A stretch of 59,817 bases of DNA from Pseudovirgaria hyperparasitica. Taxonomy: Eukaryota. Below, piece after piece: positions 12,996 through 24,436 of the stretch (its first letter is position 1; each line of letters begins with the position of its first letter). The position numbers were made by a program, and so were the translations under genes. Below the pieces are notes generated by a model. The model was not told the DNA's origin and searched no databases. It saw only the letters and a program-made list of their open reading frames with translations. The stretch lies in assembly GCA_010093815.1 (NCBI GenBank), contig ML996586.1; one strand, written 5' to 3'.

Positions 12996-13911
12996 TCACC
13001 GCCGACGCTGGCCGATCTTGAACTTGACGCCCTTCTTGTTGACGCCGCCAATCTGGTGATTTGCCCTCGCGCGCTGGAGCTCCAACTCCTGGTCTGCCGT
13101 CACCAGGTCTTCCTCTTTCTGCTTGACGGCTTCGAGCTTCCTCAGCTGCTGGTCTTGCCACTTCGCCTTTCGTCTCTGCCACACAGCCTCGTCCTTGGCA
13201 TTTTGCGCCTCCGCGTCTTGCACTTTCTGCGACTTCTTCCTCTTCATCCCACCACCACCATCCCCATCCTCAACATCCTCAAGCACCTCCTTCTCCTCAG
13301 CAGCCACACCCGTCGACCCCTTCCTCCTCCGATTCCAAACCCTACCCATCATCCCATCCCCCTCCTCCACACCGAACCACTCCCCCGCATCAAACGCCCT
13401 CTGCTCCTCCACCCCATCCACAAAAACCATATGCCCCCCCTGCTTCAGCCCCGCACTCTTCAACGCCCCAACCCCATCCACCCCCAACACCAACCCCTCC
13501 TCCAACTCCCGCCGCTCATTCCGCACACTCTGCAGCATCGTCCGCAAATACCCCTGATCCTGCGTCTTCAACAACTTGACCACCTCATGACTCATACTCC
13601 GATTCCCGCGATCCGCCTGCTTGACCCCGCCCTTTGACCGCGCATTCACCATCCCAAACGAGAACTCGTCCGGGTTGCGCGCGCCCGCCTTTTCGCGCAG
13701 CAGGCGGATGTGCGCCTTTTTCTTGGCAAAGTCTTTGGCGCGGAGGCTGTAGTCCTGGGAGATTGTGTTGTTAGGTACATGTAGGAGAGAAGCGGGGCAG
13801 ACGGAAAGTCCTTACTTTGTGCTTCTCGAGCAGGCCCCATTTCTTGCGTTCTTCGGGCTGGGCGCGCTCCTTGTGGTTGCGGCGCTGGACGGCGTTGCGC
13901 ATGGACGACAT
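12996..13911 (-). CDS. UTP11: U3 snoRNA-associated protein 11; intron 13755-13815
   Basis: MSSMRNAVQRRNHKERAQPEERKKWGLLEKHK|DYSLRAKDF...RNPDEFSFGM, LLKTQDQGY, and C-terminal KFKIGQRRR. Confidence 0.93.
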
Positions 13912-14212
13912 GCTGGGCGAGCTGTTCGGGCGTGCAAGTTGAGGATATGAAGGAAGGCTCAGCCTGGGTTGTGCGTGGTGTTTGTGTGATGTGGTAGAGG
14001 ACGGCTAGTAAACTAAGAGAAATTATTCGACGTGAGGTTGTACGTGCCTGTTTCGCCGAAGAGCGGCCGTCCCGCATTACCCGTGCTGACATGTTCGCGT
14101 ATGCTGGGACCCGGAGACCGCAAGGGATGATACTCAGGTCAACTTAGACCGTCAGAGGGCTATGAGGTTCATTATATTCCACGACAAGGCCAGTCTCGAA
14201 GAAAGCATCACT

Positions 14213-14238
14213 CACACACACACACACACACACACACA
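14213..14238. repeat. (CA)13 microsatellite
   Basis: Direct reading. Confidence 0.95.
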
Positions 14239-14651
14239 TCATAGATCAGCATATCAAGCACACCATAACAATGTCCAAGATCGCGCCTCGAACAAAGCAT
14301 AAGAATTCCAAAAAAACAGCAGAGTAATCTGTCTAAGCTGGGGTGGTATCCAAAATAAACCAAAAGACAGTTTGCCTCCCAGTAAAAAAAAAAGTCCGAA
14401 AAGATAATCTGGCGCGAGCCTTGAGCCCCTTTCTTTGCCATCTATAAATGAACGCCACCGGCGCTATTGCCCCGGGTAAATGATATCAGATCGCCGACCG
14501 GAGAAATTGTGTCGTGTTGGTGGTCCGTCACTCCGTTAACCTCGAATGAAACTGGAGAGAAGCGGCACATAGGCGCACTGCTCCAAACGCCCCCGGTAAG
14601 GTATCCGTTGACATGGAACTGCTCAGCGTGACGAGATATCGGCCTGCCCCG

Positions 14652-17600
14652 CTACAGCGCATTGAGACCAAAGAGATACCCGAATTCACGCACGCCCAAG
14701 CGAGCAATATTCTTACCGGCCGTCTCGTCCATGGCCGCCTCAATCAGCATCTTCTTCTTGTCCTGCAGAGCCACAATCCGGTCCTCGACCGTCTCGGTAG
14801 TCAGGACGCGATGCACATGCACCTGCCTCTGCTGGGGAAACCTGTGGGCGCGATCAATGGCCTGCTCCTCCGTGTACGGGTTCCAAAAGGGGTCCAGCAT
14901 GATGACCTGCGAGGCCTGGTGCAGGTTGAGGCCCGCATTACCGGCCTTGAGCGAGGTGAGGAGGATTGTGCAGCGGGGGGACTCGGTGAATTCGTCAATG
15001 GCTTCGGTGCGCTCGGCGGGTTTCATGCTGCCGTCGTAGCGTTGGCAGCCCCAGCCTTCCTTGTTGATGGGCACCTCGAGCAGGTCGAGCAGGGAGGTCC
15101 ACTGGCTGAAGATGATTGTCTTTTCGGTCGGGTCGTTCTCACGGATGGAGCGTAATAGCTCCATGGTCTTCTCGAGCTTTGCACTGTTTTCCCATTGCTT
15201 CTGGAGTCGTTTCAGATAAGCGAGCCGCGCTGCTTTGCTCCGTCGAGAGTCTAGCTTCAATTGAGCAAGTGTCTTTTTCGGGGGCTTCTTAGCAAAAGGA
15301 TTGCGTTTCGCAGGCCGCTTGCCCTTTCCCTTTGTTTTCGCTGCCGTCGTGCTACTCTGTCCGTTTGTAGGTACAAGACTCTTTGACTTGGATTCTTCAT
15401 CAACTTCGTCATCTTCGTCTAGGATAGCCTTTGTCTTTGGACGTCGTGCCGAGGATCCGGGGGCGGAGTCCAAGGCACTGTCGGGCTCCGTATCGCTAGA
15501 CTCGAGCTTGGCTTTCCCTTTGCCATTCGATACTGCTTTCCCTTTGTGTCTGGCTTTGGCTGCTTTCTGCTTTCCGGGCACTTGATCCTCGTCTTCTTCC
15601 TCTGCTTCCTCTGCTTCCTCTTCATCATCTGTCCGCACGATAAAGCCATCGAGGGTTTCGTCCTCGAGGGAGTCTTCTTCCTCGTCGTCATCCTCAGTCT
15701 CGTCGTCATCGGAGTCGGATTCGTCATCTGGCGTCTGGCCGGTTTCGGGGAACTTGCCGGGTATGTGCACGCTGCAGAATGAGCGATAGTCGACGACCTG
15801 GTTCGCGTCAAGCCGCTCACGGCATGACGGACACTTGGGTCGCGTGTCGCCGTCATCACCCTGGGCTACGTTTGCTGGATCCGTGACTTTGGCAAAGCAC
15901 TCGAGACAGAGGACATGTCCGCAGGGAAAGGAGAGCGAAGGGTTCTCCGTCGCATCAAAGCACACGGGGCATTGAAAGGCATCCTCTTGGTCCTTGATAC
16001 GAGCGACGACGTCGTCGGCGAATTGCGCGGCCAAAGTCTTCATGCCGTCCAGCGTCATATTACCAGGCCCTTCGATGCCCAAGTCGTTGATCAGGTGAGG
16101 ATGGCAGCAGGCCTGCCGAAGTCGCAGCAGCAAGACGAGCATGTTTGCGTAGTTGTTCAGCACCTTGTTGGCCTTGAGATATCTATTGAACTTGACCTGG
16201 GTCTGTGTCTCCAGGGCAGAGTAGAGCGCTTTCTGGTCGTCGTCGAACTGAACGTGGACCGATTCTACGACCTTGGGCGGGATGACGATGATGGGTTTGC
16301 CGTTGATCTGGGAGTCCTTCCGCCTCCGCAAGGCTATGGCCTTCCAGAGCACGCGAAGCTTTTCCATGGCCGGTTCGTTGTTGCCCGACCATTTGGTGAT
16401 GGGACCACCAATGTCCTGTCTGAATGAGTTCCAGAAGCAGTAGGGCTTGATGCCCAAGAACCGTATCAGCGAGTACAGCTCGTTGACGTTGTTCATCATC
16501 GGGGTTCCGGTCATGCAGATGCGGGTGCAGGCTTTCAGTTCTCCGGCTGCCTTTGAGGTCAGCGCATCCTTGTTCTTGATATTCTGGGCTTCGTCCAGGA
16601 TGACACGGTACCACTTCGTGCTGTTGTCAAGAAGTGGAAAGCGATCCTTGTTGCCAATCCGGGCCGTCGGATTCTCCGCCCATATCTTGTCCCACTTTTC
16701 CTTTCTCTTGCGCTCGGTCGCGAGAGTTCCGTACGTGGTCAGCACGCAGTCAAAGTTGCGGAGATAGTCAAAGCTCTGCTTTCGGTTGGGGCCGTGGTAG
16801 ATGTAGACGGAGAGGCGGTGGCGCGGCTTGACTTTGGTCTTGATCTCCTTCTCCCACTGCCGCATGAGTGCCAGTGGGGCGACGATCAGGGTGGTCTTGT
16901 ATCTCTTTTCGGGCGAAGGTCGGGCGATGATCAGGGCTAGAGCTTGGACGGTCTTGCCAAGACCCATGTCGTCGGCGAGTATTCCTCCCTTGTTGGTGCC
17001 TTCTTCCATCTTCCGCAGCCAGGCCAAGCCGATCTTCTGATGGTCCTTGAGCTCGATGCTGAGCTGGACGGGAGTCTCTTCTCGGTCTTCGTCGGCATTG
17101 ATGTTCTCGAGCAGCTTGTGCAGTTGGTCTTTGGTCTCCTGTGGGGTGACGTTCCATCTGTCGTCGTAACGGTCGAGGGGGTCATTGCCGACTTCCCATG
17201 GTAGCCGGGACGACCTCCGGGAGCTGCTCTCGGCGCCATATCCCGTCAGTTCCCCGAATGCATTGCCAACGCCCCGAGCTAGAGTCTGAGCGGTAGAGTA
17301 CATGTTGGAGGCGAGGGAGCCCAGGCCGGACATTTGCTGCTTGTAATTTGACATGGTAGTGTTTGCTGAGCTTAGTGGGTTGGCCGCGTAGTGGCTGGGT
17401 GGATAATATCGCTCGAGGTCAGCGGCAAACGGATCGGCCGGGCCGTATTGGCGCTGGGAAGCGGCGATGAAGTGTGGACGATTGACGGCGCGAACGTCTG
17501 TGATTGTTGCTTCATCTTCATCGCTTGAGCCGGTCAGGTCAATGAAGGTAGACTGGCCTGAAGCATGAGGGGCGCTCCTCTCTTGTCCACCAAAGGCAAA

Positions 17601-18515
17601 TTTGTTCTCTGACGACGTTTGCGGTTCGAACTTGAGATTCGAGGGAGGCGGGAGCTGGGAGTAGCCCCTCCTCGTGCTAGCAGGATTGGAAGAAGCCAGG
17701 GTATCGTAGCCAGTGTTGATATTCCGGCCATTGACAGTCATGGGAGGGGTGTTGTATGGTGATGGTAAGGGTGGGAGAAAGGGTCTCTGAGTGTTGTGGG
17801 AATGGAGAGGGGGTTGTTGACTTGCAAGCCTGCTGGGCAGTGACAGCTCCGTGGGATGAGCGGCAGATCGATCTCCGAATGCATGGTCTTGTCCGATGGG
17901 GTGATGTCTCTGATTCTGCTGGCTTTCTGCTTTGCCCATGCCACGAAAGTCGGGCCACGAGGCGTTTTGGGTGGCATTCTCCAGTAGCGAGGCGCCCGGA
18001 GCGTCTCCTGTATGGGGTGTGTTGCGGCCGCTGAGTGAAGGACTGGGTGTGTATCGAGGGAATTTAGGACCAGCACGTAGTGGCGAGGAGAGGGTATGTT
18101 CGTGGGCGCGCTTCCGTTGGAGCTGAGGTTCGAGAGCGAGATCTGGCAGAGAGGCAGAGGAAGAGGACTGTGGAGTATGGTTCAGGGCGGGATAGTGGAT
18201 TTGATCGTTGGTCGAGTCGCGTGAAGGAGTGTGGTTTCCCTGACGCGCGTGTTGGACGTCCTCCATGACCGCAGTCCGACCTCCCAGATGCCCATCTCGA
18301 GCGTCCACAGTCACAGCAGCAGGACTACTCCCATCCCGCGCCTCAGCAGCACAGTACCCCAGCTCTTGCAGCCGACGCTCCAGCGTGAGAATATTCTGCT
18401 CGTAGTTGATCCTGTCCTCGTCGTAATCCTCGGCCTCGCGGTCCAGGCTGTCCAGCAGGATCTGCTCGATCTCGAGCTGGCTTTTGATGGCAGAGATGTC
18501 GGTGCTGTACTCCAT
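14652..18515 (-). CDS. SNF2-family ATPase with RING finger (Uls1/Ris1-Rad5/16 subfamily), 1287 aa
   Basis: GGILADDMGLGKT, ILDEAQ, MTGTPMMN; RING CPVC..CGHVLCLEC..CPSC inserted between helicase lobes; QAIDRAHR; SIM-like FIDLT in the disordered N-terminus. Confidence 0.92.
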   Translation of the reverse strand: MEYSTDISAIKSQLEIEQILLDSLDREAEDYDEDRINYEQNILTLERRLQELGYCAAEARDGSSPAAVTVDARDGHLGGRTAVMEDVQHARQGNHTPSRDSTNDQIHYPALNHTPQSSSSASLPDLALEPQLQRKRAHEHTLSSPLRAGPKFPRYTPSPSLSGRNTPHTGDAPGASLLENATQNASWPDFRGMGKAESQQNQRHHPIGQDHAFGDRSAAHPTELSLPSRLASQQPPLHSHNTQRPFLPPLPSPYNTPPMTVNGRNINTGYDTLASSNPASTRRGYSQLPPPSNLKFEPQTSSENKFAFGGQERSAPHASGQSTFIDLTGSSDEDEATITDVRAVNRPHFIAASQRQYGPADPFAADLERYYPPSHYAANPLSSANTTMSNYKQQMSGLGSLASNMYSTAQTLARGVGNAFGELTGYGAESSSRRSSRLPWEVGNDPLDRYDDRWNVTPQETKDQLHKLLENINADEDREETPVQLSIELKDHQKIGLAWLRKMEEGTNKGGILADDMGLGKTVQALALIIARPSPEKRYKTTLIVAPLALMRQWEKEIKTKVKPRHRLSVYIYHGPNRKQSFDYLRNFDCVLTTYGTLATERKRKEKWDKIWAENPTARIGNKDRFPLLDNSTKWYRVILDEAQNIKNKDALTSKAAGELKACTRICMTGTPMMNNVNELYSLIRFLGIKPYCFWNSFRQDIGGPITKWSGNNEPAMEKLRVLWKAIALRRRKDSQINGKPIIVIPPKVVESVHVQFDDDQKALYSALETQTQVKFNRYLKANKVLNNYANMLVLLLRLRQACCHPHLINDLGIEGPGNMTLDGMKTLAAQFADDVVARIKDQEDAFQCPVCFDATENPSLSFPCGHVLCLECFAKVTDPANVAQGDDGDTRPKCPSCRERLDANQVVDYRSFCSVHIPGKFPETGQTPDDESDSDDDETEDDDEEEDSLEDETLDGFIVRTDDEEEAEEAEEEDEDQVPGKQKAAKARHKGKAVSNGKGKAKLESSDTEPDSALDSAPGSSARRPKTKAILDEDDEVDEESKSKSLVPTNGQSSTTAAKTKGKGKRPAKRNPFAKKPPKKTLAQLKLDSRRSKAARLAYLKRLQKQWENSAKLEKTMELLRSIRENDPTEKTIIFSQWTSLLDLLEVPINKEGWGCQRYDGSMKPAERTEAIDEFTESPRCTILLTSLKAGNAGLNLHQASQVIMLDPFWNPYTEEQAIDRAHRFPQQRQVHVHRVLTTETVEDRIVALQDKKKMLIEAAMDETAGKNIARLGVREFGYLFGLNAL

Positions 18516-19634
18516 TATTCGGTGCGACTACCTACTACGAAGAACGATGATGACGATGTTTGCCGGGCGGCGGCGGCGGCGGCGCGACAACGACGTGCCG
18601 GGGAAGAATGCAAGACATCGACCCGCTCGGGGGGGGGCTGGCTGGCTGGCTTGTATGTACTGGAGAGGCGCGACACACGGGAAGTCGAGGAGGAGTATTC
18701 AAGTTTGTTTGTCAGGTAGAGTCGCAGTTTTGGCGACTGGCTGCGAGTGAGGCGCAATATCATCAAGTTGACCGGGGGGAAGTGGAGAGTTCTGGCGCAA
18801 GCGGTGGTCGGAGTTGCCTGCCCCAGGCCACCACGAACGCACGCACGCACAAAACACGTCGCGTACTATAACTTCAGGCAGCACTTGACGCGTCGATGCA
18901 CCCAGTAATTACACGGTCATGTTGATTTAGCAATTGTAGTGTTTTATTTGAAAGACTTTCATTGACGCTAATAAGCTACTTCTACTTCTGCTTCTACTTC
19001 TCGTGCAGGTCTCAGCGAGACTGCGAACGTGGACAAGAGGTGAGTGTGTATGTGTGTGTGCGTATAGCTAGCTAGCCTCTCATTTGCTGTCTGAAGCCTG
19101 CTCAAAGGCTGGCTGGTATCATAGTGTTGTTGTACACTGAAGAGCGGTATGGCCCGTCTCTGCACCGTGGACCTGCAAACCAACTGCAAATCAAACAATC
19201 GTACAAGAACGCCGGTTCCTCTTCCTCCTGTCGACGCCTGGGTGGAGCCGAGGCCATTTTCTCTCGCAAAAAGCGGCAGTTGTCCTCAGCTCCAAACTAC
19301 TCGTGATGTGTATCCGAGCGGAATGTGGATTGTAAAAGTAAGAGCGCATGTGCAGCGACATGGCTGATTTAGTGTTGTTATGGTAGTAGATTACAGAGAA
19401 GCGAATGGGGAGAAGATGGAATGCAGGGCTGGGCCTTGAAAGGCGGCCGAGATGAGAGAGGCCAAATAGTGGGATGATGGAGCGCAACCAACGCGCATCG
19501 CTATGCAAGGACGGATGGAACATCTTCTTCGACTGCGGTGAGAAGAAGCGTGGTGGATGATGATGATGATGATTGGATAGAGTCGAGTGGGAGTGAGTGA
19601 ATTGGATGGAATGGAATCACAAGAGTCAATGGCA

Positions 19635-20280
19635 TCAGCCTCGCGACTTGGCTTTGCCCTTCATTTTCGAGGCACCGGCAGCAATCAGCTTGCTGGTTTG
19701 CATGAGTTCGCCGATATATCTGGAATGGGGATTAGCGCGCGTCCAAATGAGAGAGTGAGAGAGAGGTAGTAGGGCAACATACGACTGCAGGAAGCGGTTC
19801 CCGCCCTCGAGTTTCTCATGCTCGGCTCGCACCGACTCGACGCGCTCAACAATCTCGAGCAGACTGGCCTGGAGTTGTTTTGATTGTCTGTGCAGGGGTT
19901 AGTTCAATGTGAAGGGCAATAGTATCACGCAGGGCAGCATACTCAAGCAGAGCATCCTTTGCGCCTTCACCCAGCCGGTCAATCTCCTCGCTGCTTCTCC
20001 TCGGGCTCATGGTTCGTGCATCGGTCTCGTCGTAGTCTTCATCCTTGAGTTCGACGTGCGGGCTGTCGCGTGGGATGATGATGGTGCCACTGCTTTTCCT
20101 GCTGCCCAGCTTCGGGCGCTGCAGTCTTGAGCCGTCGGAGCAGTCGTCGCTGGCGGATGAAGAAGCGGACGAGTGATGATCTTCCATGTCGGAGTGCGAG
20201 GGACCGTCGGCAGTGTGTTCGGTGACGGTAAGGATGGGCGAAGTGATGGCGGCAGGTTGTGGTTGTGGTTGCGAAGACAT
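19635..20280 (-). CDS. Short coiled-coil protein, SCOC/Slo1 (DUF2205)-like; exons 20280-19943, 19887-19783, 19719-19635
   Basis: Spliced C-terminus EQSKQLQASLLEIVERVESVRAEHEKLEGGNRFLQSYIGELMQTSK; introns GTATGC..CAG and GTATGT..CAG. Confidence 0.75.
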
Positions 20281-22488
20281 GTTGGCCGTTGTGGTGGTGG
20301 TGGTAGTGGTGATAGTGGCGGATATGGGTGGTAGTGGTGACGGGGTAAGGGAGGGAGCGATGGCGGAGAGAAGATGCTGGGATGGACGACAAGTGGAGTG
20401 GAGGTGGTGGCAGGGAGTAGGCAGAATGGCGGTGGGGGTGATTTAAGGTATGTAAGGTAATAGAGTACAGTAGTATAGTATGTATGTGATGTGAGGAAGT
20501 TTAGCGGGTGGATGGGCAGGGAGCGGCACAAACACCAGCAGACGGATCAGTTGGGTTTGTGGATTAGAAGGAGGAGGAGAAGGAGGAAAAGAGGATATGA
20601 TGCAGACGATCGGCTAATAAGGGGGCAAAGCGAAAGGCTTATTCGCTCTGGACGAGGCGGTCAGGCGAGGGGTTTGTGAGAGGGTTTAGGCGCCAAGGGA
20701 GATCAGCAAGCGCGTGGATTGATTGTGTGTGGGTGTGGATGATGAGTGCGGCAAAGTCGATGGATGGCGGCGCGCAGAGAGAGGAAGTAGTAGATGTAGT
20801 AGATGTAGATGTAGTGGTAGTAGTAGTAGTAGTAAGAGTAGGAGTAGAGGAGCAGCAGAGTAGAGATTTGACAAAGTGACGCGATTCGAGGACAGCCCGG
20901 GGGGGGGCAGGGGGGAGAGGGGCTTCGGGACAGGAGAAAATCAAAAGAATGAGTTTTGGCTCCTTTGGGAGGGGGCCGTGTCGCGGTGCGTGAAGAAGTC
21001 GACGGTACTGTATGTATGTGTGTGTGTGAGAGAGTGAGAGAGAATGACGAGCAGCGGCTCCACCTGTTGTGTGTTTTTTTTTAAAAGTGGGTGGGCGGCA
21101 GTTGAGTGATTGAGTGATGATGATTGAGCGAGTGAGCCGGGCGTGGGTTGAGAGAGATGAGATGAAAGGAATGTTGTGATTTAATTATTATTAGCATTAC
21201 AATCAAAAGGCCTCTCTAATTCTCGACTGTCTTTCTCTCTCTCCCTCTCCTGGCGATTAACATGACGATTGACGGGATGGAGGAGGGGGCTAGGCTACAA
21301 GACTGCTGGCACCTGATTGGCTGGGCGGATGGCAGGCAGTCAGGAGAGCAGGACAGGCACAGCCAGCCTCACACACACAGACAGACACACATACACACAT
21401 GGGCGTGTCACCAGTAACAGTCTGTCTACTTACTACCTACTTACCCAGACAGTCAATGCAAGGCCCTGTCCGTAACACAACGATGAATTGCCAGGGTGGA
21501 TGCTGGCGCGAGAATGACGTTGTGCCGACCGTTAACAAGCCCCTGCGTTTCGTGTGGATGCATGGATGGGTTGATACAGCTCGCCGCTTGTCTGCTGCTT
21601 TCTTCTTCCACCGTTCGCCACGCCTGCACCACTCACCACTCACCACTCATCATTCGCACTCGTATACTTTTGCTGGTGTGTGTTGTTGTGTCGCTGTGCA
21701 TGCCATGGCTGGCCAATATCAATAGTTTGGTTACTGTCAATACTCACACACTCAGCCATCGGGCAACCTACCACTTGTCTACCTCCTACTTACCTACCTA
21801 GTATTGAGCGTTGTCCGCGCCGACGTCTGCCCGACCCTGTGAACTGTGAACCCTGAATTACGTCACTGCCCGACATCGTCCGCGCACAGCCAGGGTCCGT
21901 GCGCTCGCGATCCGGCCTTACTTCGCTCTCACCCTCACAATCTTCACTCTTCTCTCTCTACCTTAATACTCTCTCTATACCAACAGCATCATCTTCATTC
22001 ATCGCAACAATAAATAATCCCTCCTGCCTCCCCACCGTCTCCGCCTCCGTCTCACCATCTGCTCCGGTTCATGTGTCAACACAAACGCTGATCCTTTTGT
22101 CTGCTGGGAATGCCTGGCTTGTCACCTTTGCTGTCCTGCGTCCTGTGTCCTTGTCCTGTGTGTCCTGTGCATTCACCACTAATTAGCCCTTCCCTGACCT
22201 GCAAACTACTACTACTCTAGCTAATTACTCTCTACTGACTCTACTCCCACCTGTCGTGTCCCCGTCATTACTGATCTCTTCACCTTCTTTCATACCTGAC
22301 GAACCGGCCCGACCTACCTCACCTTCACGACTCGAGCATTCTTCTTATTATGGAGCTTGGAGGCCCACTGCAATGCGGACGGACTGTCTGTTCATGACCC
22401 TCACTCTCGACTCACTAATACTTACTGCCGCAACCCTCCGGCCTTTTTTCTTCATCTCGTCTCCACTCTCTCACTTCCTCAATGCTGC

Positions 22489-22512
22489 CTGCTGCTGCTG
22501 CTGCTGCTGCTG
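22489..22512. repeat. (CTG)8 microsatellite
   Basis: Direct reading. An imperfect (GTA/GATGTA)n tract also lies at ~20786-20834. Confidence 0.9.
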
Positions 22513-23113
22513 CTTAAACTCCCGCGCAGATGATTCCATCCCGCGCCGCCACCATGCCTGTCATGGATGCTTCCACGTGCTGATATCTGCCCTTTGAGCT
22601 CACCTGCCACTTCTGCTCCATCACCGGCCATCTTCATTTCCAGTCTCGTGCTGCATCGTCGATTGATTGATTGTTTCAATCTATCGACAAGTAGTACGAC
22701 GCGCTGATCTTTGTTATCAAAAAAAGAAAAGAAAATGCCTTGACCGCCCATTCTCTCCTCGTTGACTACTGCACTCATCTAGCTCGCACCTGTACCCGAG
22801 ACATCCATATTACCATGCACTATCCACATTTCACTCCCATCAACGGAAGGTCCGGTGCAGTGGTGTGTTGAGTACTACCGTTCGATCCCATCGTCTGTTT
22901 CAGAACACGACACATGCCCCTGAGCATGTTGTCTGTAGCTGAAGCCTGAGGCTCAGGCTCAGGCTCGCGTTCTGCAAATGACGTCATACCTCAACTCCTC
23001 GCACCACGCCTAGCTTGCGTCCAGGAGGCAAGACAATCCACCGTGTTTCACATACTTCCGCCATACCCTCACACTACTCTATCCCACACTTCCAGGCCTG
23101 TCCCCGCCTCCCC

Positions 23114-24436
23114 ATGGATCCCATCGCTGCAACCGCACTGGCCTACACCGCCGAGACTGTCGTTGAAGGTGCTGTCGGTGCTTATTTTGTCACGAAACCC
23201 ACTCTACCGTTGAAAGTACACCTCGAGCATGTCGCGACCGGCAAGAATGTTGAGCGCGCCCATCACTCCCTCAATGTCATTGGCACACAGGCCTTCGTCT
23301 TCGGTGGGAGGACCTCCTTAGACAGCTCGTCCGCCCTCGCCTCCAACGAAGTCACTGTCCTGAACCTCAACACCACCGAACAGACCACGGCTAGTGTAGA
23401 AAGAGTCCCATGTCACACAGCAGAGAAAGAGCAAGGCGCGCCGGCAGCCAGGGCCCGGCACACTTCGGTCAGTGCGAGGAACAAGATGTTCATATTCGGC
23501 GGCGAGGACGGGCAAGGCAAGCCAGTTGACGAACAAGGCAGACTGTGGGTATATGATCCTGCCACCACCAGCTGGCTCTTCCTAGACCCGCCGCCAGATA
23601 CGAAATTTCCAAGTCCACGGGCGGGCCACGCAAGCACTGCGAGCGACGACGGTAACGTCATCTTCATTCACGGCGGGAGAGACGCGGATGGGAAGCTCCT
23701 GGATGACACCTGGGCTTTTCCGCTCGATCACGGCAAGTGGACGAGGCTGTCCACCGCACACGAAGCTGCCAGGTCCAGTCCGAGCTTAGCATATGCCCAG
23801 AACAAACTCTGGCGGTTCGGCGGCGTGACCACATCTGGAGGCGAGAACCCCCAGGACGTCTTGCAGTGCTTGACCTTACCGCAGCTTGAGCCGTTCGTGC
23901 AGGCGGGCTTGGAGCCTCAGCAAGAGCATGAGACGTCTGGCTGGGAGTCGGTATCAGCTGGGGAAGGAGCTACAACGGGTCAAGGAGAAGACAGCAGCAG
24001 CAGGCCGCTATATCCAGCAAATCGCAGCATGACTGCATTACATCACATCTCGACCGGTCAAGGCCGCGAGTACCTCCTTGTGGCGCTCGGCGAAGACGAA
24101 GCCCGCGAAGTGACGGGCGCAAGATATCTGCACGACATGTGGGCCTATCAGCTCCCAGCCGCCATGCTGTCCGGCGCCGGAGTGAAGGATGCAATCAGGG
24201 AGAATATCCCCAAGGTAGACAGCTTCAAGGGGCAGTGGGCGCCCGTCGAGATTACCAGCGTAGACATTGGAGACGAGGAGAGGAAAGGCGGTAGCTGGAC
24301 GGGCAGAGGTGCCTTTGCAAGCGCCATGACGGGCACAAGGCAATTTATGATCTGGGGCGGTATCGACGAAAAGGGCGACGTGCTCGGCGACGGATGGATC
24401 GTCAAGATCGCTACCGACATCCTGCCTGGCTCCTGA
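23114..24436 (+). CDS. Kelch-repeat beta-propeller protein
   Basis: Repeated R.xH...F(V/I)FGG...W kelch motifs (RAHHS..FVFGG, RARHT..FIFGG, RAGHA..FIHGG, LWRFGG, MIWGG); first ATG at 23114. Confidence 0.85.
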   Translation: MDPIAATALAYTAETVVEGAVGAYFVTKPTLPLKVHLEHVATGKNVERAHHSLNVIGTQAFVFGGRTSLDSSSALASNEVTVLNLNTTEQTTASVERVPCHTAEKEQGAPAARARHTSVSARNKMFIFGGEDGQGKPVDEQGRLWVYDPATTSWLFLDPPPDTKFPSPRAGHASTASDDGNVIFIHGGRDADGKLLDDTWAFPLDHGKWTRLSTAHEAARSSPSLAYAQNKLWRFGGVTTSGGENPQDVLQCLTLPQLEPFVQAGLEPQQEHETSGWESVSAGEGATTGQGEDSSSRPLYPANRSMTALHHISTGQGREYLLVALGEDEAREVTGARYLHDMWAYQLPAAMLSGAGVKDAIRENIPKVDSFKGQWAPVEITSVDIGDEERKGGSWTGRGAFASAMTGTRQFMIWGGIDEKGDVLGDGWIVKIATDILPGS

